Positions 52,584 through 64,000 of a DNA stretch of 64,000 nucleotides are shown piece after piece. The stretch covers positions 4,154,001-4,218,000 of the forward strand of contig OZ176051.1 of assembly GCA_964247055.1 (NCBI GenBank), written 5' to 3'. The stretch's first letter is position 1; the number at the start of each line of letters is the position of its first letter. The notes beneath the pieces were generated by a model. It made no database searches, was not told the DNA's origin, and saw only the letters and a program-made list of their open reading frames with translations. The stretch comes from Paragordius varius (lineage: Eukaryota > Animalia > Nematomorpha). Position numbers and translations under genes: made by a program.

Positions 52584-52657
52584 ATAGACGAACCATATGC
52601 TTATACTTATGAATTGTTAGCCTGATGAATTAGCAATCAGATTATGAGGCGTGTTAA
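52584..52657. promoter_or_regulatory. Very compact bidirectional promoter, FBXO9/TANGO1
   Basis: 74 bp between the divergent ATGs at 52583 (-) and 52658 (+). Confidence 0.65.
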
Positions 52658-55600
52658 ATGAGATTTAAAATTTGCTTTTTTTATTTTTTATATTTTCCAA
52701 TATTTTTTACACTTTATTCTTGCCAACAAGATCAAAGATATTGCGGCAATGATAATTGTACTCAACCTTTGTTTCTGGTTGAAACAAAGAATATGTACTC
52801 TACTAGTGATAGAAACTTTTTACAATATTCGGACAGTGAATATGCTCTTGTATTTAGCATAATAAATGCCACCACTTTATCGGAATTGGTTATGGTAGAA
52901 GCTAAAGTTTTTCTATTTTTTTAATTTTTAAGATAAGCGAAGGCAGGCAAGGGATAATATTTTTTAATAATACTTTTCTACGGGCAACACTTTACAATGA
53001 AACGTTGATTTCTAACCAAGAAAAGGTTTTTTTTTCAAAAATTTTAACTTATAGATTGACATTTGGCGAACTCTCCCCAATGTTGACGAAATTATTCAGC
53101 AGCACAAATACTTATTTCTTAAACCTGGTCAAGAAAGTAGCCGAGATGAAATAGGCCCTACTGATGAAACAGGTTTTTTTAATGATAAAATTAATTATTA
53201 TTTTTAGCATAAATATTGAATTCGCATAATCAGCTAACAACTGCTTTAAATTTAGGGGTAGTTTTACTTTTTTATCAGTTAAAGCGCTTTTTTGCTCAAC
53301 AAATTTCAAACTTTATAAATATCTTTGAAACCTATATTACCATCTTCTTAAAAACTAATAGATTACAATCAAATGATCATGGAACGCTTGAATGATAATG
53401 GCGAAACACCTCCTGAAACTAATATTTTAAAAGAAATGGAAAAATTACCAAATGTTGTAAATCAAACCTTACCCCCTATACCTAATGCTGAAGAGGTGGA
53501 GGGGAGAGGGTTTTCTGCACTAAAAAAACAAATGGTTTCTAATCATGAAAAACCAATTCCTAATACCACTTTGAACAATACAATATCTAATGCAATCGAA
53601 AAAATGGATAGTTTTAACATAACATCCAATAATGAAATTGTCGTCGACAAAAATGAGCCAATAAACACCCCTACTATGGACATTATTAATGATAAACCTA
53701 AAATTTTCGCAGATGCCCCAAAAAATCAAACGGAAAATATGATTGAAGAACCGATTAATTTAAATTCAAATTTGAATGTTAATGAAAATAAACCACAAAT
53801 TTTAGATACTTCAATTCCTAAAAATATTAATTTGGATAATCCAAATGTAACTTCAAGTCAAATTGATTCTAGTCCCTCCAAGGAAAATGTTGACAATATT
53901 TTAAATAATATCAATAATAATAAAGAGGATATTAAAATTTTGGATAAAAATAATGTGCCCAAAATTAATGAAAGGTTGGATATAGATCAAACGTTAAAGC
54001 CTACAAAAGCCCTCCTAGAAGACTATATCATCGAAGATGTTTTTGAGAATTTAGCTGTAAATTCAAATGAAATACCTGTTCCATCTTCTAATGAAAATTT
54101 AGAAAATAAAACTATAGCCGAAATAACTGACCAAATATTAGGTTCTGATGAACAATCTAATCAACATCATAATATTGTGAAACGTGAAAATACGCAAATT
54201 GGTAAAAAATACTACTGTTTTAGTGTGTTTTAATAATTTAGCGCTTTTTTTTGAATATTTCAGCATATATTTGCAATTTTCTATAATTATAGAGAACGAA
54301 AACAAACAATCTACCAACGATACAACCTTTTCATCATCTGTTAATGCCTCTGAAAGCTTAGCTATAAATACAGACGCAGAAAATTTAGAAAATTATATTT
54401 CGCCCTCAGATATAAATATAAATAAAATAGATCCTAATATGGAGAATAGAAACGAAAACATAGCTACATTGTCACAAAATCAAGACAACTTAAATGAGTT
54501 TGATATGCATAATACCCTAATTAATGAAAGCAATATCGATGATTTTGTAGAATCGTATTCTAAAGACCAATCCCCTAACCTTGAGGATGATCCGATTGAA
54601 ATGGAAAATACGGTTTCAAAACTGCCAAATAATTTAGAGGAGAATGCGTCATTAAAAACGGATTCTTCTCTCATGACTGAACATTTGAAATATAATGTTT
54701 GTCAATCGCATAAGGTTAATTTTTTTGTTTGATTTAGTTTTTTTAAAAAAAACAATGTCGTGTTTGACGCAAAAATTTTAAAGGATTTAGAATTTTTTAA
54801 TGTTTTAAACCATTGGGATTTTATTTTGTGTGCATATTAATTTTTTCAAAAGTATAGTTCAGGTTTCATCCGTTCCTTGTTAATATTACATCCTAAGGTT
54901 TAATAATATAATTGAAATAAAAAAGAAAAAATATGTAATCAAATCATTTAATTAACTTATTTGATTATATCTAAAATCAAATTTTATCTATACCCTAGCT
55001 CTTTGGCCCACTTTAATATTTTCCAAAAAAAATTAGAATATGCATAAAAATAATTTATTTTATCATTGTTTTAGGCCCCAAACGGATCTATGATTCGAGA
55101 TCCGGCTTGTCACAATTATATGTCGCAAAGTATTATGGATATGAATTCACATTTAATGGACGATCATTTAAAACTTACGTCGGAAAACAATGCCATTAAA
55201 AACGAAATTGGTAATGAACAGAAATCGCCAAAACAAATGGATAAATATTTGCTTTTAAGGTTTTTTTGTAATCATTTATTAATTTATTATTTATAGTTTG
55301 TTTTTACTGAAAATAAACCGTAGCTTTCAATATATAATATTTCATTTACATTTGGATATTTTTCCCGAAATATTCTGGATATGCAAAATATATAAAGTAA
55401 AAATTCATTTGGTGATCTTTTTTAAAAAGATTTTAAACGAAAAAATATTTTTGTACAAAATTATTCTATAGCCATAAAATTGTAACCTGTATCACGTTAT
55501 GTAATGATCATACTAAATTTTTTGGGCTATTTATCGGAATATATTCAAATATCTTTACCTATTTACCCATAAAGAAATGTTTGTTTAAGTGAATAAACAT

Positions 55601-56056
55601 TCAAAATATTAGAAACATTATTATTAATTAAGTGTTTTGTTAATTTTTTAAATTTTTGAGAATTTTAACGAAAAACCATAATTTTTCTCTTTTTTAAAAA
55701 ATATATTAGGTACATCAAATTTAATATAAACCCATCAGGATAAAATGATATCATTTTAAAAATTTTGATATTTTAATATTATATGAATGAGAAATAATTT
55801 TCTATTGTCATTTCCAAAAAGAAATCATGTCTTACACCTTTTTTCATCCATTTTTATTTTTTATTTTTTTATTATCTAATTCGATAAATACATATTTTTT
55901 AGTTGTTAAATTTATACTTTTTTTTTATAATATTTTATAGAATATTGGATAAAGTGACTGATGTTTTGGTTAAAATTCACAATAAACTCATGCTCAAAAT
56001 ATACGGGGGAGATTTTGAATTGGTTGATCCTTTAGGTTTGATAATCAATATTTAGA

Positions 56057-56124
<68 letters not shown>

Positions 56125-59112
56125 TATTTCATTTCTAAAATAGTTATTATTTATTGAATAATTAAAAAATATTTGGCTTTTAGTTTATTAAATTTAAACT
56201 TATTTTTTAAGATTTTATTACTATATTGTGAAAAGAATTCAATAATAGGGACATATAATAATTTTGAAATGTATAATTAATTAATTTTTGAAGCTTTTTT
56301 GGGTTATTTTTTGTAAATTTTAGAATGAAATTTAATCTAAAATATCTAAAAAATTTTTTAAATTATTTTTTTATGCTTAGAATCTCCTGGGACTTTTATT
56401 AAGATTTATCGGGATGTTTTATCAGCTTTCTTTGGCACCTTTGGAGTTTTTATTTTCTATATAGCGTATCGCACATATAATCGAGTATATTTTTAATATT
56501 TTATTTTTAATAAAAAAATAATAATATTATAAACTCTTTATTTTTTATATTTTTTGGTATGTAAAAAAGCAATTATTTAGCCATATTTTTTTAATATGGT
56601 AAAAAGAATTTTTTTGATTATAAAAAAATATATTTATATTTTTATTCAATTAATAATTTTTTTAGCGAGAAAATCAGCAACTCCAAGAAGGTAATCAATT
56701 AAAATTAATTTTTTTAACAAATTTCCAATTCAAATTCACCCTTGAACAATTCAAATTTACCCTAAAAATAAATTAAGTTTATTTGGGCTAATATAACTTA
56801 TCATTAATATGAAGTTTATTATTTTTTCAGCATTATATTGATTTTAAACAGAATTTCTTTAAAAATATTAAAAAAATAAAAGTAATTTTTAAATCTTAAA
56901 AAACTTTTTTTAGGGTGAATTTGAATTGTTCGAGGGTGAATTTAAACTGTAAATGATATATATAATTTTATTTATTATAAAATATTGATAGCAATTGGCA
57001 ATTTATTTGAAAGTCAAAACAAGGTTAAAGATTATGAAGAACTCAATCAGGCACAAATAAATAAGGTTTCTTATATTCTATTAAAGTATATAAAAATAAT
57101 TTTTTATAAATAATATTTTTAGTTTTATGCTTTTTACCATGAAATTTAGTAATATATATTGCATATTTTTTCCCATAATTTAACTATAATTACATAGTTT
57201 TTTGTTAACATTTTTATTTTATTTTCAAATTAACTATTAATTTTTATATATCCGTCGAATAAGTAATTAACTTCCTCTTGTTGAATATAAAAAAATTTAA
57301 AACAAAATGTTAATATGTGTTTTACTGTTGAAATTACTATTAATTTATCAATAAACATATTTATACAAAACAATATATTCCTATTTATTATATAAATCTT
57401 TCAACGTTAAAATAAGAAATTTTTTTAGACTTTATTTTAACACTCCTTGATAATATTTTATCGAACATATAGAATAAAATTATTAATAGATAAAAGAATT
57501 GGAGGAATCATTAGATGAGACCCGTATTGAACTTGAATTGCGACAATGTCAATTGCGTGAAACTAAAACTCAATTATGCACTGATAAAGAACTTACTCAA
57601 GAATTGGAATTGGCCCAAAACGAAATAAAAGAGTTACAAAACTTTAAAACTAAATATGAGGAGGTATTATTATATGTTTTTTTTTTTATCAAATTTAATA
57701 TTTATTACCCCAAAAAAATTAAAATTATACCAGGCAAAATGTAAAAATACAAAGACAATTTTTAAAAAACTGCTATACTTTTTGAACTTAATTTTTTTAA
57801 AATATAACTCATTACTTTAAAGTGCAAAGTATGAGATAAAGTTATCTATTTAATTATATTACATATACAATCAATTATATCATTATTATATAGGAATTAT
57901 TAAGGTCTAAAAAAGTATGGTGGTTGTCTTTATGTTTTGACGTTTGTCTTTCTAAGTTCAATAATATGTATTATATTAATCTAATCCATTAAACAAAACC
58001 ATATTATTGATTATGTTTGCCTTTAAACATGGTTATAGACATATAAATGATCGTCGTAAAACAAATTGTTAGAGAAGCCTGATGATATAACTACTAATTT
58101 TATGCGAAAAAAACTACCTATTCAATTTTTAAATTATAGTAATATGCACAAATTTTCATTATTTTTAAAAACTTCTTCAAACAAAAAACGATGTGATATA
58201 TTAGCTGTTGATTTTCCAAATTTATTATATTTATTTGATAAAAAAGTTAACGATAATTATTTTTTTTTAAATCCTACATTATATAAAGATAATAATTTCC
58301 AACTAATTATTAGGTGTCTCAAGAATTGGAAACACTTCAAACCACAAAAAATGATGTAGAAAGAGAACTCAATCAACTTAAACAAGAGATAGAAAAGCTT
58401 AAAGATACCAATACAAATCTGAAATTACAACTCAAAGATGAATCAAACACATTGCTTGAACTTAAAAACGAATCCGATAAATATAAGATTGAATGTGAAC
58501 AACATGTATCTGAATGTCAACGATTAACTAGTTTGATTGATACATATCGAATTTTATTTAACAAACTTGATTTAACACAAGTATGGTTTAATTTTAATTA
58601 CATATTTTTTTTTCTCTAATGATTTTGATGAATTTTTGTTAAATTCATATTTTTTTCCATAATTATTCGAGTCTATTTATATAATTTTAGCCTATAATCT
58701 ATATTTATTAGATCTCTAATAATCTATATGCTAACCATTAATTTTTCAAAATATTTTATGCTTATAAAATATCAATATTTTTAGCATATTATATAATATT
58801 ATAAGAGGAAACCCTTTAAATTTTACCAATAAAATCTGATTTTTTTTAAAAAATATTTTTTAAAAAATATTTTAATATAAATTTTAAATCTTAGATCAAG
58901 AGGGACGCTGATAATTTGATTGAAGGTGTCGAAGGTTGGGATGTTGATTTGGAAAAACCGTTTAATATTGATTCAGAAAAAATGCAACAATTACTTGATA
59001 CTACGCATGTGAGCCAAAAAAAACTTTTTAAAAAAACTTTTTTTTCTGCAGTTTATCCAGAAAAATTTATTTTTTTAGCGTTTTACAAAAATTTCCTATA
59101 TTCTAAGATCTG

Positions 59113-59147
<35 letters not shown>

Positions 59148-62100
59148 ACAGCTATTGATAATATAAAGTATTTAACGATTTACTTATATTAATTATTACG
59201 TTTTTTTTAATTTTTATATTATATGTTTTATTGATTATTTTGACAGTATATTAAACAAATTGACATGCTTACACAACAAATTGATGAATTGAAACAAAAG
59301 GCATCTACCTACGATATTGAAAAAATGGAATTAAAAAGTAAATTTTTGAGTTTTTATTAGATTTTCCAACAAATTTTTAAATTAATTAACAAATCTTAAA
59401 ATAAAGCTATCGGTATAACTTGTTTTTGTTATTAATGAAAGATGCCTTAACAAAACGAGATTTGGAGTACAATAGCTTAAAGAATCGAACAGAAACAATG
59501 GAAAAAGATAATAAAGAGTTAGAGGGAAAAATGGCTTTCATCAGCAAATATTTTGAGGATAAAGAATGCAAACTACAAAAGTAGTTTTTTACGAATTTTT
59601 TTGTTTAGTAATAAATTTCCATTGACAGTTTTTTCGCTTTTTATAGGATTTTTGAGTTTCCACTATATTTTTATGCGCAAACATTAGTAATACTTTTTTA
59701 CGCAAACTGAAATTTTGAACACATTTTTAATTTTTATTATAATTAAGTGATTTTATAAAGGTTTTAATTTGTGACAATTTTGGACCGATATTTTGCGCAA
59801 ACATTTGCCAACTAATGATAGTTTAAGTTATTTTAGATTCAGAAATATGACTATTTTTGTAGATTTCAAATATTATAATGATAAATAATTTTATCATCGA
59901 AAGTTTTAAAATTAAATTTTTAATATTTAAACATTAGATCCATAAATGAATTAACGAGTGAATGTGGCAAACAAAAACAAACTATCAAAGAAATGGAAAA
60001 GAAATATGATTATCTAATGAAACAAGCCGATGTTTATCTGTAAATTTCTTAAATTTTGTTTCCAATAAAATACATTTTTTAATTACAGTAATAATGATAA
60101 AATTAAAGAAGAATATGTGATAAAACAAGTTTTTTGAACCTAGAGTAAAAATGTTAAATATAAAATTTGGTTTCTATTGATTACATCTCTATATGTTATT
60201 TCATGAAAAACAGGTAAAAATATATAATTATTACAAATTTGTCTTTTTCATGTTTTGATTTAAATGTTTAATTTTTATCCTGATTAAAAATTTTTCAATT
60301 CGCTTTTATTTATTTTTTTAGAGAAAGCTTAGATGAATCCAAAGATGATTACAAGGAATTACAAAGGGATATGAAACAAAGGGTATATATCTATTTACGT
60401 ATATATATTTTAAAATAATATTTTTCTAATTATTTTTTCTAATAATTGGTTTTTGCACAGATTATTGATATCGAAGATCATGCTAACAAATTAAAGGTAT
60501 TTTTTACTGAATCGTTATATTTTAAAAACTGTTTAAGTTTTTTTTTCGAATTTTAATTTAAATTTTATTTAGATGACAGCACATTCGTTTGAACGGAAAG
60601 CCAATAACTTACAAGTTGAGAATCATACATTACGACAAATGTAAACATCTGTTACGTCCATAAATTATTTTAAAACTTATTATTTTTCTTATTACAAAAT
60701 TACCTAAAAAATATAATTTATATACATTAAGGTTAACAGAGTTGGAAAAAAATCTGGAAAAAACAACCGGTCCCGAAGCTGATGGTAAAATTAAATGCCA
60801 AAATTTTATTTTTATTGATTATAATTTTATTTAAAAAAATTTTTTTTATAAAGTATTATTTTGCATTATGTTAGATGCACACGGTAAAAATTAATATAAT
60901 AAAACGTATAAAATTTGGAAAATAAAAGTTAATGTTTTAATAATGCGCGGAAAGTGAGACAATGTCAATTTTTAGTAAAATAAACCATATATTTAAATTA
61001 TATCGTTCAAATAAAATATAGTAAATCTATACGTTTATCTTTAATAAAATGACAATCCTTTTAGTTGACCGCTTTTTATACAAAATTACAACTTATATTT
61101 TAATTTTTACATAAAAACTTTTTTTTAACTAAAGCTACCTTACCTAAATATTAAAACTAAAATATTATACATTTTTTACTTTCAAAACCGTCTTTTTTAT
61201 TTTTATAGCTTTTAAAAGCAAATTACTGGCTAGCCTTAAATTGGTTCAACAAAACGCATCAATGTTACCTCATAGTGGCAGTATGTATGGTGGTATGATG
61301 AAAGAACACTCATCTAATAATCCATATTATCCTTCTAATTCAATGGATAATTATACGAATAACGAAGTTAATTACTACGGAAGTGATGGTAATGAAACAC
61401 ATCACAGTTACATTTCCAGCTCTAGGAAGAGTGAACATGGTCGAATGAAACATTCAAAAAAGTCATCATCAAAATCTACAAGTATTTTACTTTTTTTTAT
61501 CTGTTTGTTATATCATTTATTTGATATAATATATATGTTTTTGGGTGGGTAGGTTCGAAGATTTCCTAAGCTCTAGAACAGGGGTGTCCAGGACGCGGCC
61601 GCCCCGCGAAAAATATTAATACTTAATACAAAATTTTATAATTAATAAAATGCCATATACAAACTCTAATATAAATTGACACATTTTTCAATTCCAGATT
61701 TTGGCATTGATGTGAAGATTCTTAAAATAATTAGTAGTTATATTCTCGTAATTTTTTTTTCTTATGTTTGACATCTAATAAATTATTTATATTTCGTTTG
61801 TCGATTTTTTGACTCAAAATGCGGCCCGCACAACCATTTGTGTTGGGCACCCCTGCATTACAATATATTAAGTTTAATTGATTTCTAAAACATAGGATTG
61901 ATTTAGTAACATCTAATTTTTTCCGCATATTGTAATTTCAAGACTAAGCTTTTTTTAATAATGGATATTATTGAATATTGTTTGATTACGAATGATTTTA
62001 AATTATCATATTTTTAAAAAATTTCGATCCTTGCTCGATAATTATTTAATATGTCAATTTTATATCTTATTATTTTTTCTAAATATACAGAGTCTGGTAG

Positions 62101-63524
62101 AGTTGAAATTTCAAATAATTTCTACCCTTGCTCGATTTTTATTTAATATGTCAATATATATTATTATTTTTTTTCTAAATATACAGAGTCTGGTAAAGTT
62201 GATACTAGAGCTAATCTCACTATGAATGCAGCTAATATAGGTGGTCTCCCTATCCCACCAAACCTACCATTTCTCCCTCCACCTCCTATGCCCCCACCCC
62301 CAGACTTTTTTATGATGGGCGGTATAAATTAATTGATTTTGTTTTTGAATAGCAATGTTTTAAGAAATCTGGAAAATTATATTCTTTTATGTATATTTAA
62401 ATAAATGATGTAAAGCATATTTTTTTGGTTTATAAATATTTGCTTGGTGATATAATGGAACTTTATTTTTAGTTTTTGAAATAATTTTATTGACAGTTAA
62501 CTTTCTAAATATTTTATAATTTTATTTTGTATCTTTATTTTAATTTTATTTTTATGTTGATCTGAAGAAGTTAGAGGAATCCTACGAAAATTTATTAATA
62601 AATTTATTATTAATTTTGCTGATATTACATCATAGCATTCTAAAACATACTGATTCAGCCTAATCCATAACTTTCATTAATTTCCAAGTTTCACACTTTT
62701 TTTAACAGTTTTAATTTGATTTAAAACTGAACTATGGTTTAGGAAGCGCTAACAATGGAAACTCAATGGGGGAACTAAAATTTAATGGACCTCCCTTATT
62801 ACCAATATCTTCAACGTTTCCACCCTCAATGATACCCGATAATACAAGTATATTTTTTTCTCAGAAAATGCGTAATAAAATATTTTATTTTTTAACAAAA
62901 TTTATAGTTTTTATTTTACTTTGAAGCGTGATGGTATAGTAGGTAGGGCGCCGGACTCTTATACTAGGTTCCAGAGTTCGAATTCCGAAACTACGCAATT
63001 TTTCTATCATCACTGTCAGCCATGGTCAGGCGAGCGTTTAAGCCTTTACCGGATGCAATTTAAGTCCTTATTACCCTTTAATATAAAAAACAAAAAAAAG
63101 ACTCTAAACTTTCATATATTTTTATTTTGATTTATTCCCTAAAATCGATACATTAGAACAAGGGAAAAATGCTGTGAAAAAAGATAAAAACTCGACGATT
63201 GCTAAACATCAATCGGCATTTTCCTCAAGTACATCATCATTACAAAGTGGTCCTTTACCAATAACTCATCACATTTCTAATAATTCTAATGTTAATAATT
63301 CAACCATGAATCCTCCAAATGGATTTTTACCTTTTATGGGACCTGGTCCAGCTGGTTTTATGGGTATGCCAAATTTCCTACCACCACAACCTAATGCTGA
63401 AACAAATGAAAGTTGCTCTAAAACAAAGAAAAAAGCGAAAAAATCAAAAAAGGATTCAAATAAACTCCTTGATCCAATCATCTCGGCGGCGGTTGATAAT
63501 ATGCAAGGTGGTGGTACACATTAA
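52658..63524 (+). CDS. TANGO1: TANGO1/MIA3-type ER exit-site cargo receptor (more than 20 exons)
   Basis: Signal peptide; MIA/SH3-like domain (DQRYCGNDNCTQPL...EAK/ISEGRQGIIF); long acidic N/E/D lumenal region (53.4-55.2 kb); TM segment VLSAFFGTFGVFIFYIAY (~56.4 kb); coiled coils including LEGKMAFISKYFEDKECKLQK; proline-rich tail LPFLPPPPMPPPP (62.2-62.3 kb); stop at 63524. Confidence 0.85.
56062..56119. repeat. (TA)n microsatellite, longest in the window
   Basis: ~58-bp pure AT run in a TANGO1 intron. Confidence 0.95.
56722..56958. mobile_element. MITE family B, copy in a TANGO1 intron
   Basis: CAATTCAAATTCACCCTTGAACAATTCAAATTTACCC...GGGTGAATTTGAATTGTTCGAGGGTGAATTTAAACTGTAAATGATA; the left terminus is eroded. 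Confidence 0.8.
61579..61855. mobile_element. hAT (Buster/Charlie-type) MITE
   Basis: TIRs CAGGGGTGTCCA / TGGGCACCCCTG, subterminal GCGGCC motifs, and a degenerate 8-bp TSD CTCTAGAA / CATTACAA (5/8 match, central TA). Confidence 0.8.
62029..62205 (+). repeat. ~97-bp tandem duplication spanning a 3' splice site of TANGO1
   Basis: CCTTGCTCGAT...TTTTCTAAATATACAG|AGTCTGGTA(G/A)AGTTGA occurs twice; the acceptor AGs end at 62090 and 62186. Confidence 0.9.
62926..63099 (+). mobile_element. tRNA-derived SINE-like element or tRNA pseudogene (CTT anticodon-like head)
   Basis: A-box TGGTATAGTAGG, B-box GTTCGAATTCC, loop CT-CTT-AT, partial acceptor pairing GCGT/ACGC, and poorly paired anticodon and T stems. 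An ~80-nt body and the A-rich tail ATAAAAAACAAAAAAAA follow. It lies in the last TANGO1 intron. Confidence 0.65.
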
Positions 63525-64000
63525 TTATATGTACTTTTTAAAACCGTTTTTATAGGGACATTTTTATGATAACAATCGGCATTGATATCTTATTTATTTT
63601 AGAATAGTCGATTATTTAACATTTTAAGCCTTTTTGACAATGTTAAAATGTTTAATTATATACCTTTTTGACATAAATAATTAGATAATGATCCACTTCA
63701 AAACAATATAGAATCTAATGGTATGGTCTAACAACACAAAATTACAAATGATGCCGCCATTAACAAAAATTCAAAACCAAAATTTATTTAAAAAATATCC
63801 AATTTTATATGTGTTACAAAAAAAACGATACAAACAAACAATCTTCCTTCCAATATCGATTCAAATCTAATTTTTTAAATATATTTTTCTAGGTTACCAT
63901 ATTTATTTAGTCATGAAACAAACAACACTTAATTATTTATTATAAGCATTTCTTATTATGATCAATCCATAACTATTTTTTTTATATATGAGTAGGCTTT

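Noticed and set aside
62926-62997. Functional tRNA-Lys(CTT) gene
   Set aside because: The anticodon and T stems do not pair and there is no oligo-T terminator directly after it; kept only as a SINE or pseudogene.
1-64000. Ciliate origin or non-standard genetic code, suggested by tiny introns and AT richness
   Set aside because: BCL11 and SH3-bearing TANGO1 are animal genes, and TAA/TGA act as normal stops at motif-confirmed C-termini (e.g. CCIS*).

Overview
Very AT-rich eukaryotic (animal) genomic DNA with six spliced protein-coding genes, which I assembled by hand from GT-AG exons because the ORF track shows only fragments. The genes are a CAMSAP/Patronin-like gene (- strand, runs off the left edge), DDX49/Dbp8 (+), a BCL11/Chronophage-type zinc-finger regulator (+, with a 7.6-kb first intron), a PRL/PTP4A phosphatase (+), FBXO9 (-) and a full-length TANGO1/MIA3 (+). 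CAMSAP-like/DDX49 and FBXO9/TANGO1 are head-to-head pairs with only 157 bp and 74 bp between start codons. The strongest signal is seven spliceosomal mini-introns of 21-33 nt. Their removal restores conserved protein motifs, and all are first to third introns of the head-to-head genes. The window also holds many DNA transposons: three TA-flanked fold-back MITE families, Buster-type and other hAT elements with exact 8-bp TSDs, a Chapaev3-like element with a TAA TSD, and a non-autonomous Helitron family with an internal ~160-bp repeat array, alternative 3' ends and a tandem array of 5' ends. One locus is a three-level nest (hAT > Chapaev3-like > Helitron). There is one tRNA-derived SINE-like element. 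I found none of these families in the ~19 kb around BCL11. No rRNA, intact tRNA, CRISPR array or intact transposase was seen. Protein family calls come from remembered motif similarity, not from database searches, and the species cannot be determined from this window.
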